A DNA stretch of 64,000 nucleotides from a virus: IMG/VR virus record IMGVR_UViG_3300033146_001759, positions 8,958 through 72,957 of that record, one strand, 5' to 3'. Made by a program: the position numbers and the translations under genes. Below the pieces are notes generated by a model that saw only the letters and a program-made list of their open reading frames with translations, was not told the origin of the DNA and searched no databases. Shown here piece by piece: positions 11,229-22,080 of this stretch (positions are counted from its first letter, which is position 1; every line of letters begins with the position of its first letter).

Positions 11229-12578
11229 TCAATTATTATACCATTCATTTTCATATTTCTTAATAACTAAATACATTTCATCTTGTAAAAATTCTCCTAA
11301 ATCATAAAGAAAAAACTTTATAGTATCAGATATATCATCTTTCCATATCTCTGTTCCATCTATAAGATCAAATATTTTATCAAAATCTATTATTTTTAAA
11401 AAATTATCATTACTTTTTAAATTATAAATATAATTATATTTAAAGAACTCATTATCTGATATTATCATTTCACTGAGCTTAGTTTTTATAGCTGAAAATG
11501 TTGATTTTAAATATTTTTTTATTTCTGGTATATTATAATAATTATTAATAAAATCACCATTTTTATCATATGAATTATATTTACTACTACTTAATATTTT
11601 ATTAAGATAATCATCAACATACTTTTTCATTTTTTTATTAATATCATCATTAAATTGTTTTTGTGTTGTTTTACCAATATATAATTTATATTCTAAATAT
11701 TCTTTAATTGTTTTCGTATTATGCTTAACCATATCATCAGATAACATCTTTAAAATATTTCGAGAGATTATGTTTGTAGTAGATCTCATATTATGTATAT
11801 CAGCACCAATACTATTTTCTAAATCTCTTGCAAAAACCCTATTTTGATATTTAATATGTTTTTCATAATCAATTATCCTATTTTTTATAGAATATAACTC
11901 TTTATCAGAATATTCACCTGTTAAATAATCATATAATTTTTTTTCATTTTCTATATCTTTTACTATATATAATGCCCCAATTTTATATATATAATCTAAT
12001 GATTTATAGTCATCATCATCAATAATTTCTTTTGGTGAAATTTTTCTATTTTTATTACCACTATTAAAATATTTTTCATCATCATAAAAATTTATTTCAA
12101 TGTTTAACTTTTTTGCATTTTCAATAATATCTTTATATAATTCTTTCTTTGAATTTAATATATCAATAGATATTATATATTCATTAATATTTTTTATTTC
12201 ATCTTTATTAGATATTAATCTTTCTTCCATTTCATCAAGACTAGTATTATTTATCATTGATTTAACATCTCTTGGAGCATTCCAATAATCTATATTTATT
12301 ATTTTATTATTATAATTTAATTTTTTTCCATCAAATTTAATTCTAACAGCACCATCAAATGAAAACCTATTTCCATATCCATGTTTTATAGATTTAGTTC
12401 TAGTCAAAGAAAAAAAGTACATCTTATTATTATTTTTATTATTATCTGCAACAGATCCTATTGAACTTGTTAAATATAATTTATTTGTTTCAAGAATATT
12501 CTTCAATCTTCTAATATTTGTAAAATGATATAATATATCAGTCGCTTTTTCTAATATAAAATTATTAAATTTTTTCAT
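11229..12578 (-). CDS. putative virion internal protein with N-terminal ART-like domain
   Basis: CTS-like MKKFNNFILE; LYHFT..L..IL.TN, SLTR and EMEERL pattern; paralog of 56327..57253. Confidence 0.55.
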   Translation of the reverse strand: MKKFNNFILEKATDILYHFTNIRRLKNILETNKLYLTSSIGSVADNNKNNNKMYFFSLTRTKSIKHGYGNRFSFDGAVRIKFDGKKLNYNNKIINIDYWNAPRDVKSMINNTSLDEMEERLISNKDEIKNINEYIISIDILNSKKELYKDIIENAKKLNIEINFYDDEKYFNSGNKNRKISPKEIIDDDDYKSLDYIYKIGALYIVKDIENEKKLYDYLTGEYSDKELYSIKNRIIDYEKHIKYQNRVFARDLENSIGADIHNMRSTTNIISRNILKMLSDDMVKHNTKTIKEYLEYKLYIGKTTQKQFNDDINKKMKKYVDDYLNKILSSSKYNSYDKNGDFINNYYNIPEIKKYLKSTFSAIKTKLSEMIISDNEFFKYNYIYNLKSNDNFLKIIDFDKIFDLIDGTEIWKDDISDTIKFFLYDLGEFLQDEMYLVIKKYENEWYNN

Positions 12579-12686
12579 ATCCTATATATAATTTTTTCAT
12601 ATCATTTTTTAAGAAAAAACAGATTTTTATTTTAATATATATAATAAATAAACTTAAAAAAGTAAAAAAAAAATAATTTTAAAATT

Positions 12687-15600
12687 ATGCCAATACAAAA
12701 TAAAGATTTAGGTAAATATGATAGACCAGATATATTTATCAATGAAATCAACGATTCTTTTATTGATTTACCACAACAAGATACATTAATAAACTTAGTT
12801 CCTGGATTTTCAAAAAATGGACCGGTTATGACACCAGAAAAAGTATCTACACCAGATGAATTTAAAAAAATATTTGGAGATATAGATAAAGGACTTGAAA
12901 GAAAAGGTTCATTTTTTCACAGAACATGTTTAAAAATGTTAGAATCTGGACCAATATACGCATTAAATTTATTATTAACAAATGATGATAGAGATAAAGC
13001 AAATTGGAAATCAATATCTTGTGCATCAAATTATAAAAATGACATAACTAAAAATATGCCATATTCAAGATTATTTAATAGACAAGATTTTTGGAAAAAA
13101 GATTCTGAAACATTCTTAGATTATGTTAATGATCCACAAGTAGATTATGATAGAGTTTTACATTTATCTAACTTAGGTAATAAAGTAACTACTACATTTA
13201 TTTTCAAATCAAAAATAAAGGGGTTTGATATAACTGCTGAAGATTGGTATAATGGTAAAACTAATGTACCACAATATATTAACAATAAAGATTGGGTATC
13301 TGATTATATCGTATCTGTATTAGTATTAGATGGTGATTGGACACAATATGATAATTTATCTTCTGATCAACGTTGGGGGAATTATTTTACAAAAGATGGT
13401 TTAGATAAAAATAAAGTACAAAATTTTGTTGATGAACCAACTGTTAATACATTAGCTTATTATGATGCATCATTAATACCTTACTTTAAAGATTTTAGTG
13501 ATAGAGATATGTATATTAAAAATTTAATTAATAATGACACAAATAAAACTGGTCTTTTTTGTGCATATTTTGAAGATGAAATTTTAGATGCTGATTTTCC
13601 AATTGGTAAAATAGATTTAATTGGACAAAACTTAGTAGGAGAGAATATATCAACTGATATTAATTTCTTATCATATAAAGAATCAATAGCCGAAAATATC
13701 ACATATAATGAAACAGATTTAGATGATATAGGAAACGTTTTCGGTAATTATGCTATTTTAAAAGATGAATTTGTTGCTGGTTCAAATAGAACTGCAAGAT
13801 ATACAAACCATTATGTAAATGGTATGACAATCGGAAATACTGGTAGTATGATATTTAAAGAAGTTATTAGTTTTTCAGCACCATCTACAATAAGTTTAGC
13901 TAGTGCTGGTGCTAATATAAATGATAAAATATTCTTTAATAAAGATTATGATTCAATAATTGGATTCAATGAAACAAAAGCATATTATATCAAATCTATA
14001 TCTGGTAGTGAGATAACAATATCTGAATCTATTGGTGGACCAACATTAACATTTGTTAGTGGAACTAAAAGTGATATGTATGTAACAAGCATTAAACACG
14101 ATTACACTGCAACCGGAACACCATCGGATCCAGCATATTTTAATATTTCTAATACATCATATAGTATTTTAAGTGGAGCATCATTAAATATACAATTAGA
14201 TCCTATATATTTTGATGATAATATACAATCATTTGAAAGATACGATATATTATATTTATCAAGAGAAAATGATGCTAAAATACACATATTAAAAGGTGAC
14301 CAATCAGAAGAAAATTCAACTGCACAAAAACCATATTTCACTTTAGATTATAATGAACATATAATACTAGGTGTTATAAAAATCAGTTTAGTTAGTGGTG
14401 TATTAAATACTTCATATAATGGCATAACAATAAGTAATACTGGATATATACCATTTAATCTAAATATATCTAGTGGGACAACAACATCAAATTATATATC
14501 AATCGAATTTAATGGTACTAATGGGGTAACTGATTATACTAATTATATGCAAATAAGAAATAGAAATAAATATGATGAAATAGAAAAAAACCTATTAAAT
14601 GGTAAAGGAGTATTAATATCAAATAATGATGCAAGTAAATATTATATAACAAATACAAATTTAACTACAATTGATTATAATAATACATCAAATGCTACAA
14701 TAAAAATTTATGGTATGGATAATGCATCTGATTATTATTCAACTAGTGATCTATTATTATATTATATTGATAATGAATTTAATACACCAAATTCATTTAA
14801 ATACATCAAATCATTAACAGTTAATACATCAGCAGATACTGCTATTATTGGTAAATATTCTAATTTATATCAAGATTATTACAATGGACAAATAAACAAT
14901 GGTGATATTATTTATTTAAATAATAATACTGGGACTACTATTTCTAATAATAATATTCCAATAAATGGTTATTTTATAGATGATTTATTATCAATTGATT
15001 TAGATTCATTTATAATTGATTTTGATACTACTTATGATAAAAAAATAATCATAAAATCAAATAATTCATCATATAAACAAACTGTTGAAATTGAAAAAAC
15101 TATACCGGCTGATATATTAAACCCAATGGAAACAACATATTCTATTAAAGTTGATAAAAATAGATATAATGAATTAATTAGGGGTGAATTTTTAGAAGCA
15201 TATTACAATGTTAATGATTTAGTATATGGTGAATCACCAAAAACATTAACTAGAATTATTAAAGTACAAAATGATTTAGATGATGAATCACTAAAAATAT
15301 TAACTTGTGATGCACCAATAAATTTAACAGAATATCCTATTGGTAGTAGAAAATTTAATACTATGACATATCCAACAATTGATAAATATGTTAAAACATA
15401 TAAAGGTATTAAATTAACACCATTTATAATTAGTCCAGAATCTATACCTAACGGTACAGAAGAAAGACAATCTAATATTTTAAATTTATTACACCCTAAC
15501 ACTAATTTAGGTAAAGGATTAATAAATAAAAATAAAATACAATGGAGATATTTAATTGATAGTTTTGGACTTGGTTTAACATCAAACTCAAAACAACAAT

Positions 15601-16442
15601 ATGCTGATTTATTAGGTAAAAAATTAAATTCATTTGGATTTATTTCTGCACCATCTGTAAAAACATTTAAAAAATCAACAAACCCAAGTTTTATAAATGA
15701 TGATAAAACATTAAACACAAATTATTTGAAAACTGGTGGAGATGAATTAAAAAACCCATCATTTTTATATAGTTTTGCAACCGGTGTAGGTAAATCAACA
15801 ATAGGTTACTTCTTCCCATATATTAATGTTAATAATGATGGTATTCCTAGTGATGTACCACCTGCAGCATATGTTGCAACAACATATATGCAAAAGTTCT
15901 TAACATCATCATCAGCAATCCAACCTTGGACAATAGCTGCTGGTATTAGTAATGGTAGATTAAATGGTGTTGGGGATGTTGAAATGGACTTCACTGATGA
16001 AGATTTATCAAATTTATATGGTATGGGATTAAATCCAATCGTTAAAAAAGCAAAAGCTGGATATTGCATAAATTCTGAATCAACAGCAGCAGTATTCCCA
16101 TATTCTTCATTATCTGTTATACATTCAAGAGAAGTCTTAATAGAATTAGAAAATGCATTATATGATATGCTATTAAGATACCAATGGAGATTTAATACTG
16201 GAGCAATTAGAGCAGAAATAAAATATAAAGCTGATAAGATTTGTCAAGATATTGAAAATAGAGATGGTTTATATTATTATAATAATGTTATTGATGAAAC
16301 TAACAATACTAATTATATTATTGATTTACAAATGGGTGTATTATATACATACATAGAAATAATTAAAGGTATGGGTATCATCGTAAATAACATTACTATT
16401 TTAAAGAAAGGTGATATTCAATCTGGTGGATTTTCATCTTAA
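12687..16442 (+). CDS. contractile tail sheath protein (gp18-like) with large central insertion
   Basis: N-terminal RPDIFINEIND..VPGFSKNGP..F.KIFG; C-terminal PPAAYVA, WTIAAG, LNPIV and VIDETNNT sheath motifs. Confidence 0.9.
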   Translation: MPIQNKDLGKYDRPDIFINEINDSFIDLPQQDTLINLVPGFSKNGPVMTPEKVSTPDEFKKIFGDIDKGLERKGSFFHRTCLKMLESGPIYALNLLLTNDDRDKANWKSISCASNYKNDITKNMPYSRLFNRQDFWKKDSETFLDYVNDPQVDYDRVLHLSNLGNKVTTTFIFKSKIKGFDITAEDWYNGKTNVPQYINNKDWVSDYIVSVLVLDGDWTQYDNLSSDQRWGNYFTKDGLDKNKVQNFVDEPTVNTLAYYDASLIPYFKDFSDRDMYIKNLINNDTNKTGLFCAYFEDEILDADFPIGKIDLIGQNLVGENISTDINFLSYKESIAENITYNETDLDDIGNVFGNYAILKDEFVAGSNRTARYTNHYVNGMTIGNTGSMIFKEVISFSAPSTISLASAGANINDKIFFNKDYDSIIGFNETKAYYIKSISGSEITISESIGGPTLTFVSGTKSDMYVTSIKHDYTATGTPSDPAYFNISNTSYSILSGASLNIQLDPIYFDDNIQSFERYDILYLSRENDAKIHILKGDQSEENSTAQKPYFTLDYNEHIILGVIKISLVSGVLNTSYNGITISNTGYIPFNLNISSGTTTSNYISIEFNGTNGVTDYTNYMQIRNRNKYDEIEKNLLNGKGVLISNNDASKYYITNTNLTTIDYNNTSNATIKIYGMDNASDYYSTSDLLLYYIDNEFNTPNSFKYIKSLTVNTSADTAIIGKYSNLYQDYYNGQINNGDIIYLNNNTGTTISNNNIPINGYFIDDLLSIDLDSFIIDFDTTYDKKIIIKSNNSSYKQTVEIEKTIPADILNPMETTYSIKVDKNRYNELIRGEFLEAYYNVNDLVYGESPKTLTRIIKVQNDLDDESLKILTCDAPINLTEYPIGSRKFNTMTYPTIDKYVKTYKGIKLTPFIISPESIPNGTEERQSNILNLLHPNTNLGKGLINKNKIQWRYLIDSFGLGLTSNSKQQYADLLGKKLNSFGFISAPSVKTFKKSTNPSFINDDKTLNTNYLKTGGDELKNPSFLYSFATGVGKSTIGYFFPYINVNNDGIPSDVPPAAYVATTYMQKFLTSSSAIQPWTIAAGISNGRLNGVGDVEMDFTDEDLSNLYGMGLNPIVKKAKAGYCINSESTAAVFPYSSLSVIHSREVLIELENALYDMLLRYQWRFNTGAIRAEIKYKADKICQDIENRDGLYYYNNVIDETNNTNYIIDLQMGVLYTYIEIIKGMGIIVNNITILKKGDIQSGGFSS

Positions 16443-16460
16443 AATTTAAGTTTATATAAA

Positions 16461-16494
16461 AAAAAAAGAGTGATTTTTTAATTACTCTTTTTTT
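16461..16494. terminator. bidirectional intrinsic terminator-like hairpin
   Basis: A-run, GAGTGAT/ATTACTC stem and T-run after the sheath gene. Confidence 0.7.
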
Positions 16495-16546
16495 ATTGGT
16501 TTTTTTTTGTACCTTTGCATTAAATATAAATATAAATATAAATATT

Positions 16547-16798
16547 ATGAAATTATCAGATTGGATTATAATTGATGGTTACTGTGCAACAAAAGTATTA
16601 GAAGGTACAGATCACAATAATGTAGAAAATAGAGTTGCTTTTATAGAAAAAAGCCCACGTATTAGAGTAGCACCATTTAACGGTGATGAAGATTGGAAAA
16701 ACTGGAAATATGGAGACAAAGGAAGTGAATACGGTAAAGATATAGAAAGTAGAGAATGGTGTGACAATGAACTCATAAAACTTGGATATACACTTTAA
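16547..16798 (+). CDS. hypothetical protein
   Basis: MKLSDW start follows the TACCTTTG promoter at 16510-16517. Confidence 0.7.
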   Translation: MKLSDWIIIDGYCATKVLEGTDHNNVENRVAFIEKSPRIRVAPFNGDEDWKNWKYGDKGSEYGKDIESREWCDNELIKLGYTL

Positions 16799-17048
16799 AA
16801 AAATTAACAACAACAAACTAAATAATATAAATATGAATATTGAATTAAGTGATAAATTAATTGCAATTTTTTCAACACCTAATACTATAAAAATTGAAAA
16901 AGTGAAAAGAACCCATGGTGAAAAAAAGTTTTTTAAATATATATGGGAAATCAATGGAGTAAAAACAACAAATTGGGGTGGATTTGATACATTGGAAAGC
17001 TGTATTGATAATTGTTTAGAATGGATAGTTATTAAATCATTACAATAA
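16782..17048 (+). CDS. hypothetical protein
   Basis: 88 aa ORF. Confidence 0.55.
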   Translation: MDIHFKKINNNKLNNINMNIELSDKLIAIFSTPNTIKIEKVKRTHGEKKFFKYIWEINGVKTTNWGGFDTLESCIDNCLEWIVIKSLQ

Positions 17049-17066
17049 TGATAAGAACATATACAC

Positions 17067-17103
17067 AAAAAAAGAGAGTTATTAAAAACAACTCTCTTTT
17101 TAT
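17067..17103. terminator. terminator hairpin, copy 1 of a 37-bp direct repeat
   Basis: AAAAAAAGAGAGTTATTAAAAACAACTCTCTTTTTAT. Confidence 0.75.
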
Positions 17104-17138
17104 TTATATATATAGAAAATATTATATATACTTTAAAA

Positions 17139-17555
17139 ATGAGAAAACAAATTAATAATTTTACACAATGGACAAAGAAACAATTAAATGAAATTAATAA
17201 CTCACATTTAATAGAAGTAATACCCAATAAATACATATATCATACATCAAATCCTATATTTAGAGATAAAATTAGAGAGATGGGATTAATACCAAAAAAT
17301 AAGAGTGAAACTTGGTTATCAGACACAAAGATAAACGGTAAAGTTATATTTGCAGTTAATAGTGATAATAAAGTTGAGTGGTGGGATTCAACATATGATG
17401 ATGATATTTATCAAATAGATACCGACTTACTCAATAATAAATGGTATAATGACCCTAATTTCGGTTTAGATAATAAGCGTATTATCACATTTAATTCTAT
17501 ACCAATTAATGCAATTAAACTAATATATAGGGGGTCATATTCAAATAACATATAA
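17139..17555 (+). CDS. putative ART-fold (Tpt1/KptA-like) protein with CTS-like N-terminus
   Basis: YIYHTS....RDKIREMGLIP, VIFA, IYQID and IP.NAIK pattern; N-terminal segment ends KQLNE. Confidence 0.5.
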   Translation: MRKQINNFTQWTKKQLNEINNSHLIEVIPNKYIYHTSNPIFRDKIREMGLIPKNKSETWLSDTKINGKVIFAVNSDNKVEWWDSTYDDDIYQIDTDLLNNKWYNDPNFGLDNKRIITFNSIPINAIKLIYRGSYSNNI

Positions 17556-17576
17556 CCTTTTTATAAAGTTATAATA

Positions 17577-17613
17577 AAAAAAAGAGAGTTATTAAAAATA
17601 ACTCTCTTTTTAT
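17577..17613. terminator. terminator hairpin, copy 2, downstream of the major capsid gene
   Basis: Identical to 17067-17103 except for one base. Confidence 0.8.
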
Positions 17614-17631
17614 ATTATTAGTGATTAACTA

Positions 17632-19326
17632 TTAAATTAATACACCACCATTATCAGTAACTTTGATACTCATATATTGCTTCCAAGGGAAGAATCCTAT
17701 ATCAGATATAGCATATCTACTTCTGATTAACATTCTTGGAGCCCAAGTTGCTTCAGAAATTAAGCTAATTGATTGTGCCATTAAATAAGGAATAAATACT
17801 AAACCTGGTTGATCAACACTATTCTTTCTTCCTAAGAAGATTCTGTTATCATCCCATCTCATATATGGATCAACATATATTGCAATTTGACCAATTGAAC
17901 CCATTGGGTATAATTGTCCGTTTGTATTCATTTTACTCATTGTTGGAGGGTTTAAAGTATAACCAGCAACATCTTGTAATACAGATGCCATGTTACCATT
18001 AGTAACTAAATATTGTGCTGGACCTACTCTACCATCAGTAGCAATAAAGTTAGATGCATTATTAATCTTAGCGATTAATTTTCTTTGAATTGAGTGATAA
18101 GTTTCACCACCTGGTGCATTTCCACCTAATGATGTATAAGCATCAACATCAAAATCAAATTTTGAATTACCTGCAGCATCTTTTGGTGCAGTATGAGAAT
18201 TTCTATTTTCCTCAGCTAAAACTTCAATTTTAGCAACGATTTGTTTAGAAATTGTTTGTGTTAGTTCGTTAATTAAAACTGATTCTAATTTTTGAACAAT
18301 ATCCATACCAGTTGAAGCTTTAATATCTTCAATCTGAGTTCTTTTAAGTGTTGAAGAAATTTCAATATCACCTACTTTTACAGATTTAGTGAATACGTCT
18401 GGTCCTATAACTCCTGGATATGTATTTTCGTCTTGCTCTCTTGACATTGGATCATTGTTGTTCCAACCAGCAGAGAAACCTGGTAATTGGTCTTCCATTG
18501 TTGATACTAATTCAATATCAGTCATTGTTAATGCAACAGTATCACCTGATAATAACATTGAACTACCACTTAATTGTGCTAATGCAGATGAACCAGGTAA
18601 GAATGTATTTCTTGCTTGATTATAATCATATGCAGCAACATTTGAATGTGCAGCCATTTGTCTAAATGTTCTAAACATTGGTTTACCATCTACTCTTGAG
18701 AATCCTAAGAACTCTAACCAACCTTTTTTAGAATCTTTAATTGGATTTAAAGTAACATCTACCATTGCAGCAGTACCACCAGAGAAATCTAAGAATAATC
18801 TCTTATCAATTCCACCAATTAATTCGTGAATTTTTTGCTCTTCTAATTCTTGCATAATAGCATCAACTAAAACTTTTTGTTCTGCTGGTGTATTAAATTT
18901 GAATTTGAATACTAATGGTTTTTCATCAGCTTCTTCTGGGTGTCCGTGACCTTCTGGATTATTATCATATTTAAAATCTACGAATAATAATTCAATTCTT
19001 GGAGATGAAGATGGCTTAACAGCTACTAAATCTAAACCGATTGTTTGTGCAGCAATTTTCATTGATACTGGTAAAAGGTTTTGAGCTACATCACCTGAAC
19101 CTTGTACAGAACCTCTCATATCACCTGGTGTAGTTGACATAACTGGTGCTTGAACAGCTCCCATTCCATAAGTGTTACCTAATGTAGAATAAGCTACGTT
19201 CTCATTCATTTGGTGCATTTCTGCATACTCTGATAACCATGCTTGTTTCTCAGTATCCATCACATTTAATGATTCTAATACTAATTTCCATTTTTTTTGT
19301 GCTTTCGCATTATCTACTATAAACAT
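17632..19326 (-). CDS. major capsid protein (T4 gp23-like)
   Basis: AQTIGLDLVAVKP, EDIKASTGMD..LESVLINEL, GQIAIYVDPY, GLVFIPY and PRMLIRSRYA. Confidence 0.93.
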   Translation of the reverse strand: MFIVDNAKAQKKWKLVLESLNVMDTEKQAWLSEYAEMHQMNENVAYSTLGNTYGMGAVQAPVMSTTPGDMRGSVQGSGDVAQNLLPVSMKIAAQTIGLDLVAVKPSSSPRIELLFVDFKYDNNPEGHGHPEEADEKPLVFKFKFNTPAEQKVLVDAIMQELEEQKIHELIGGIDKRLFLDFSGGTAAMVDVTLNPIKDSKKGWLEFLGFSRVDGKPMFRTFRQMAAHSNVAAYDYNQARNTFLPGSSALAQLSGSSMLLSGDTVALTMTDIELVSTMEDQLPGFSAGWNNNDPMSREQDENTYPGVIGPDVFTKSVKVGDIEISSTLKRTQIEDIKASTGMDIVQKLESVLINELTQTISKQIVAKIEVLAEENRNSHTAPKDAAGNSKFDFDVDAYTSLGGNAPGGETYHSIQRKLIAKINNASNFIATDGRVGPAQYLVTNGNMASVLQDVAGYTLNPPTMSKMNTNGQLYPMGSIGQIAIYVDPYMRWDDNRIFLGRKNSVDQPGLVFIPYLMAQSISLISEATWAPRMLIRSRYAISDIGFFPWKQYMSIKVTDNGGVLI

Positions 19327-19399
19327 ATTATTTATTTTTTTTTATTATATATAAACTCAAAAAATCAACTTTTTTCCATTTTTTGACTATATATAAGAT

Positions 19400-21994
19400 T
19401 TATCTCTCCAAATTTTTAAATTTAGCGATAAATGAATCAATTTCCTCGTCAGTTAAACTTGAATTATCAATTACATTATCATTTAAAATAGTTTTGGTTT
19501 CGTTAATCATTGTATAATTTACAAGATTTCTACTTTCCCAAAATTTTTCCATTTTTAATGAATTATTCATTGATGGATAAAGTTTTGCTTGACTAAGAAT
19601 ACTTACTTTCATCTTTTCATCTATTTTTTCCCATGCAGGAATTAATGAAGATGGAATATTTGATATTAATTCTTCTTCAAATGATATAGATGGTGTAAGT
19701 GTTTCGTTGATTGCAACTAATAATTGTGCTTCAGAATAGATTGGTGTTTTGCTTTCGTTTATTGCAAAGATAACTTTCTCTTTATCTTCTTCTGCTAAAT
19801 CATGCCATGCTTTCTTTTTGTTCTCTGTTAAAAATTGAACAAAATGTGGATCTTTAACCTCAGACGCTTTTCGTTTCTTAGTTTCTAAAATTAATTTCTC
19901 TATTTGTGTTGTTAATTGTTTTGTATTTTCTAATGAATCATCTCCTGTAAAATTAATTTTACTTTCATGAACTTCTTCCATATCACCAGTATTTACTTTT
20001 ATTGTATAAAAACCAGTTTCTGGATTTGATGCTACTATTTCACCCATTGTTCCATCATCTCCAAAGGATACAACAGAATTATTAGCATATTTTGTTGGAT
20101 TTAAATCATCACCTTCAACAGAATTTGGCATTTCTGCGTTTGGTAATTGTGCTTGAATATTATTATCTATTGGTGCATCTTCTAAACCAACTAGCTGCAC
20201 ATCATCAACTGACTGCACACCATCAACTGGTTCACCTACTACACCATCAACTGGCGCATCTTGAACACCATCAACTGGAGCTTGTACTTGTGTATCTTGA
20301 ACATCATCAACTGGTGCATCTTGAACACCATCAACCGGAGCTTGTACTTGTGTTTGTACTTCACCAGCTACTTGAACAGGTGCATCTACACCATCAACTA
20401 ATGCTTGTACATCACTACCATTAACTTGTGCTTGTGCTTGAACATTTGGTTTAACAAAATCATCATCTTCATCATAATATTTTGTATAATCATCTATTTG
20501 TGTCATATTAGGAACACTTACTGGTCCACCAGCACCCTCAGTTAACATATTATTATTAATAGCATCCACAGTATTATCTAATGATTCAGCTATATAGTTC
20601 ATATATGCTTTACTATCTGATACATTTTCTGCGATATACTCAGAATATGCGATATTATTATCAACGTGTTCTGCGATATATTCAGAATATGCGATATTAT
20701 TATCAACGTGTTCTGCGATATACTCAGAATAATCAATTGTTTTATCTAAATTTTCTGCTAAGTATTCAGAATATGCAATATTATTATCTAAATTTTCTGC
20801 TAAGTATTCAGAATATGCAATATTATTATCTAAATTTTCTGCGATATATTCAGAATATGCGATATTTTTATCTAAATTTTCTGCGATATACTCAGAATAA
20901 TCATTTGATTTTTCAATAGATTCTGCTAAATAATCTGAATATTTAATATTACTATCAACGTGTTCAGCTATATATTCAGAAAAATCAATATTTTTATCTA
21001 GTGTTTCAGCTATATATTCAGAATAATTAATATTCTTATCTAATTCTTCAGCTAAATATTCAGAATAATTAATATTCTTATTTAAATTTTCAGTTAAATG
21101 ATCACTATGCGTAATTAATTTTTCTGTTGTTTCTTTCAAAGTAATATTTTCATTAACTACAAACTGAATTTGTTCAGTAAGATAATTTAAATATTGTGTT
21201 ACTTTTTGTTGTTGTTCTTGTAATAATTCTTGAGTTTCTGCTAAAGTTCTTATTTGCTCTGGTGAAACTTTTCCATTTTTTACACTTTCGTTGATTTGAA
21301 TACTAATTTTATTCATTTCTCCATTTAAATACTCTGAGTATTCGTCTAATTGTTTTCCGGTAACATACTCATTGTTGTTATTCTCCATGATTAATTCATT
21401 AAATTTTGACTCGTTTGTTAACTCATATATTCTATAATTAGAATTATTTGTTGACAAACCAAGTGATTCATTTATAGATGTCATTTTTGCAGTTCCAAAA
21501 CCTGGATCGGCAACAGCATCATAAGTGAAAAGTTTCTTTACAGAAACATGTCCATTACTTTCAGTTACCCCAGCAGCTCTTGAAGAAACAAAAATAGGCA
21601 AACCATCATTGATAATTGCCTGTGCTTCTTTACCCCAGCGAGTATTAAGTAATCTAATTTGACCATCAATTCTATTTGCTTCTTTATTATACCATACATT
21701 CTCAATAATGTGAGAAGCTCTTGATAATGAAGTATCAAATACATCAGGATGATCAAACTCACCAAATATAACCCCAAGAGTATTTTTTCTCTCGATAAGC
21801 TCATTTAAATGAGGTACAAATTTATCAGCAGTATAAATTCTATCATTACGGTTCATAACATCAAATTCAGTGAAGATACCACCAAGTAAATATTGTGGTT
21901 GTCCCTGTGCGTTTAATTTAGTTGCACTTTCATTTAATTTTAAACCGGATAAAGAATTTTCTATGATAAGAACGTGTTTATTAACCTGATTCAT
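19400..21994 (-). CDS. prohead protease (gp21-like) fused to scaffold/core protein
   Basis: NRNDRIY, GEFDHP, VSSRAAG and YDAVADPG protease motifs, followed by 14-aa coiled-coil repeats. Confidence 0.9.
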   Translation of the reverse strand: MNQVNKHVLIIENSLSGLKLNESATKLNAQGQPQYLLGGIFTEFDVMNRNDRIYTADKFVPHLNELIERKNTLGVIFGEFDHPDVFDTSLSRASHIIENVWYNKEANRIDGQIRLLNTRWGKEAQAIINDGLPIFVSSRAAGVTESNGHVSVKKLFTYDAVADPGFGTAKMTSINESLGLSTNNSNYRIYELTNESKFNELIMENNNNEYVTGKQLDEYSEYLNGEMNKISIQINESVKNGKVSPEQIRTLAETQELLQEQQQKVTQYLNYLTEQIQFVVNENITLKETTEKLITHSDHLTENLNKNINYSEYLAEELDKNINYSEYIAETLDKNIDFSEYIAEHVDSNIKYSDYLAESIEKSNDYSEYIAENLDKNIAYSEYIAENLDNNIAYSEYLAENLDNNIAYSEYLAENLDKTIDYSEYIAEHVDNNIAYSEYIAEHVDNNIAYSEYIAENVSDSKAYMNYIAESLDNTVDAINNNMLTEGAGGPVSVPNMTQIDDYTKYYDEDDDFVKPNVQAQAQVNGSDVQALVDGVDAPVQVAGEVQTQVQAPVDGVQDAPVDDVQDTQVQAPVDGVQDAPVDGVVGEPVDGVQSVDDVQLVGLEDAPIDNNIQAQLPNAEMPNSVEGDDLNPTKYANNSVVSFGDDGTMGEIVASNPETGFYTIKVNTGDMEEVHESKINFTGDDSLENTKQLTTQIEKLILETKKRKASEVKDPHFVQFLTENKKKAWHDLAEEDKEKVIFAINESKTPIYSEAQLLVAINETLTPSISFEEELISNIPSSLIPAWEKIDEKMKVSILSQAKLYPSMNNSLKMEKFWESRNLVNYTMINETKTILNDNVIDNSSLTDEEIDSFIAKFKNLER
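20210..20400 (-). repeat. imperfect VQ(D)APVDG peptide repeats in the scaffold region
   Basis: Repeated caccatcaactgg and cttgtacttgtgt units. Confidence 0.8.
20580..21090 (-). repeat. 42-nt (14-aa) tandem repeats, consensus NNIAYSEYIAENLD, about 12 copies
   Basis: Visible in both the DNA and the translation. Confidence 0.92.
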
Positions 21995-22080
21995 ATTTTT
22001 TTTTTTCTTTTATATATTAAGATAAAAAACACTTTTTTTTCTATTTTATAATATGATTCAAAAGCTTTATAAAACGAACA

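Noticed and set aside
16598-17236. 212-aa minus-strand ORF
   Set aside because: Antisense to three plausible plus-strand genes, crosses a terminator, and has the hydrophobic composition typical of shadow ORFs.
20092-20919. Plus-strand ORFs with HHQL and YTQN repeats
   Set aside because: Antisense shadows of the scaffold repeats.
20580-21090. 42-nt repeats as a CRISPR array or DGR element
   Set aside because: They are contiguous in-frame coding repeats with no spacers, and no reverse transcriptase is present.
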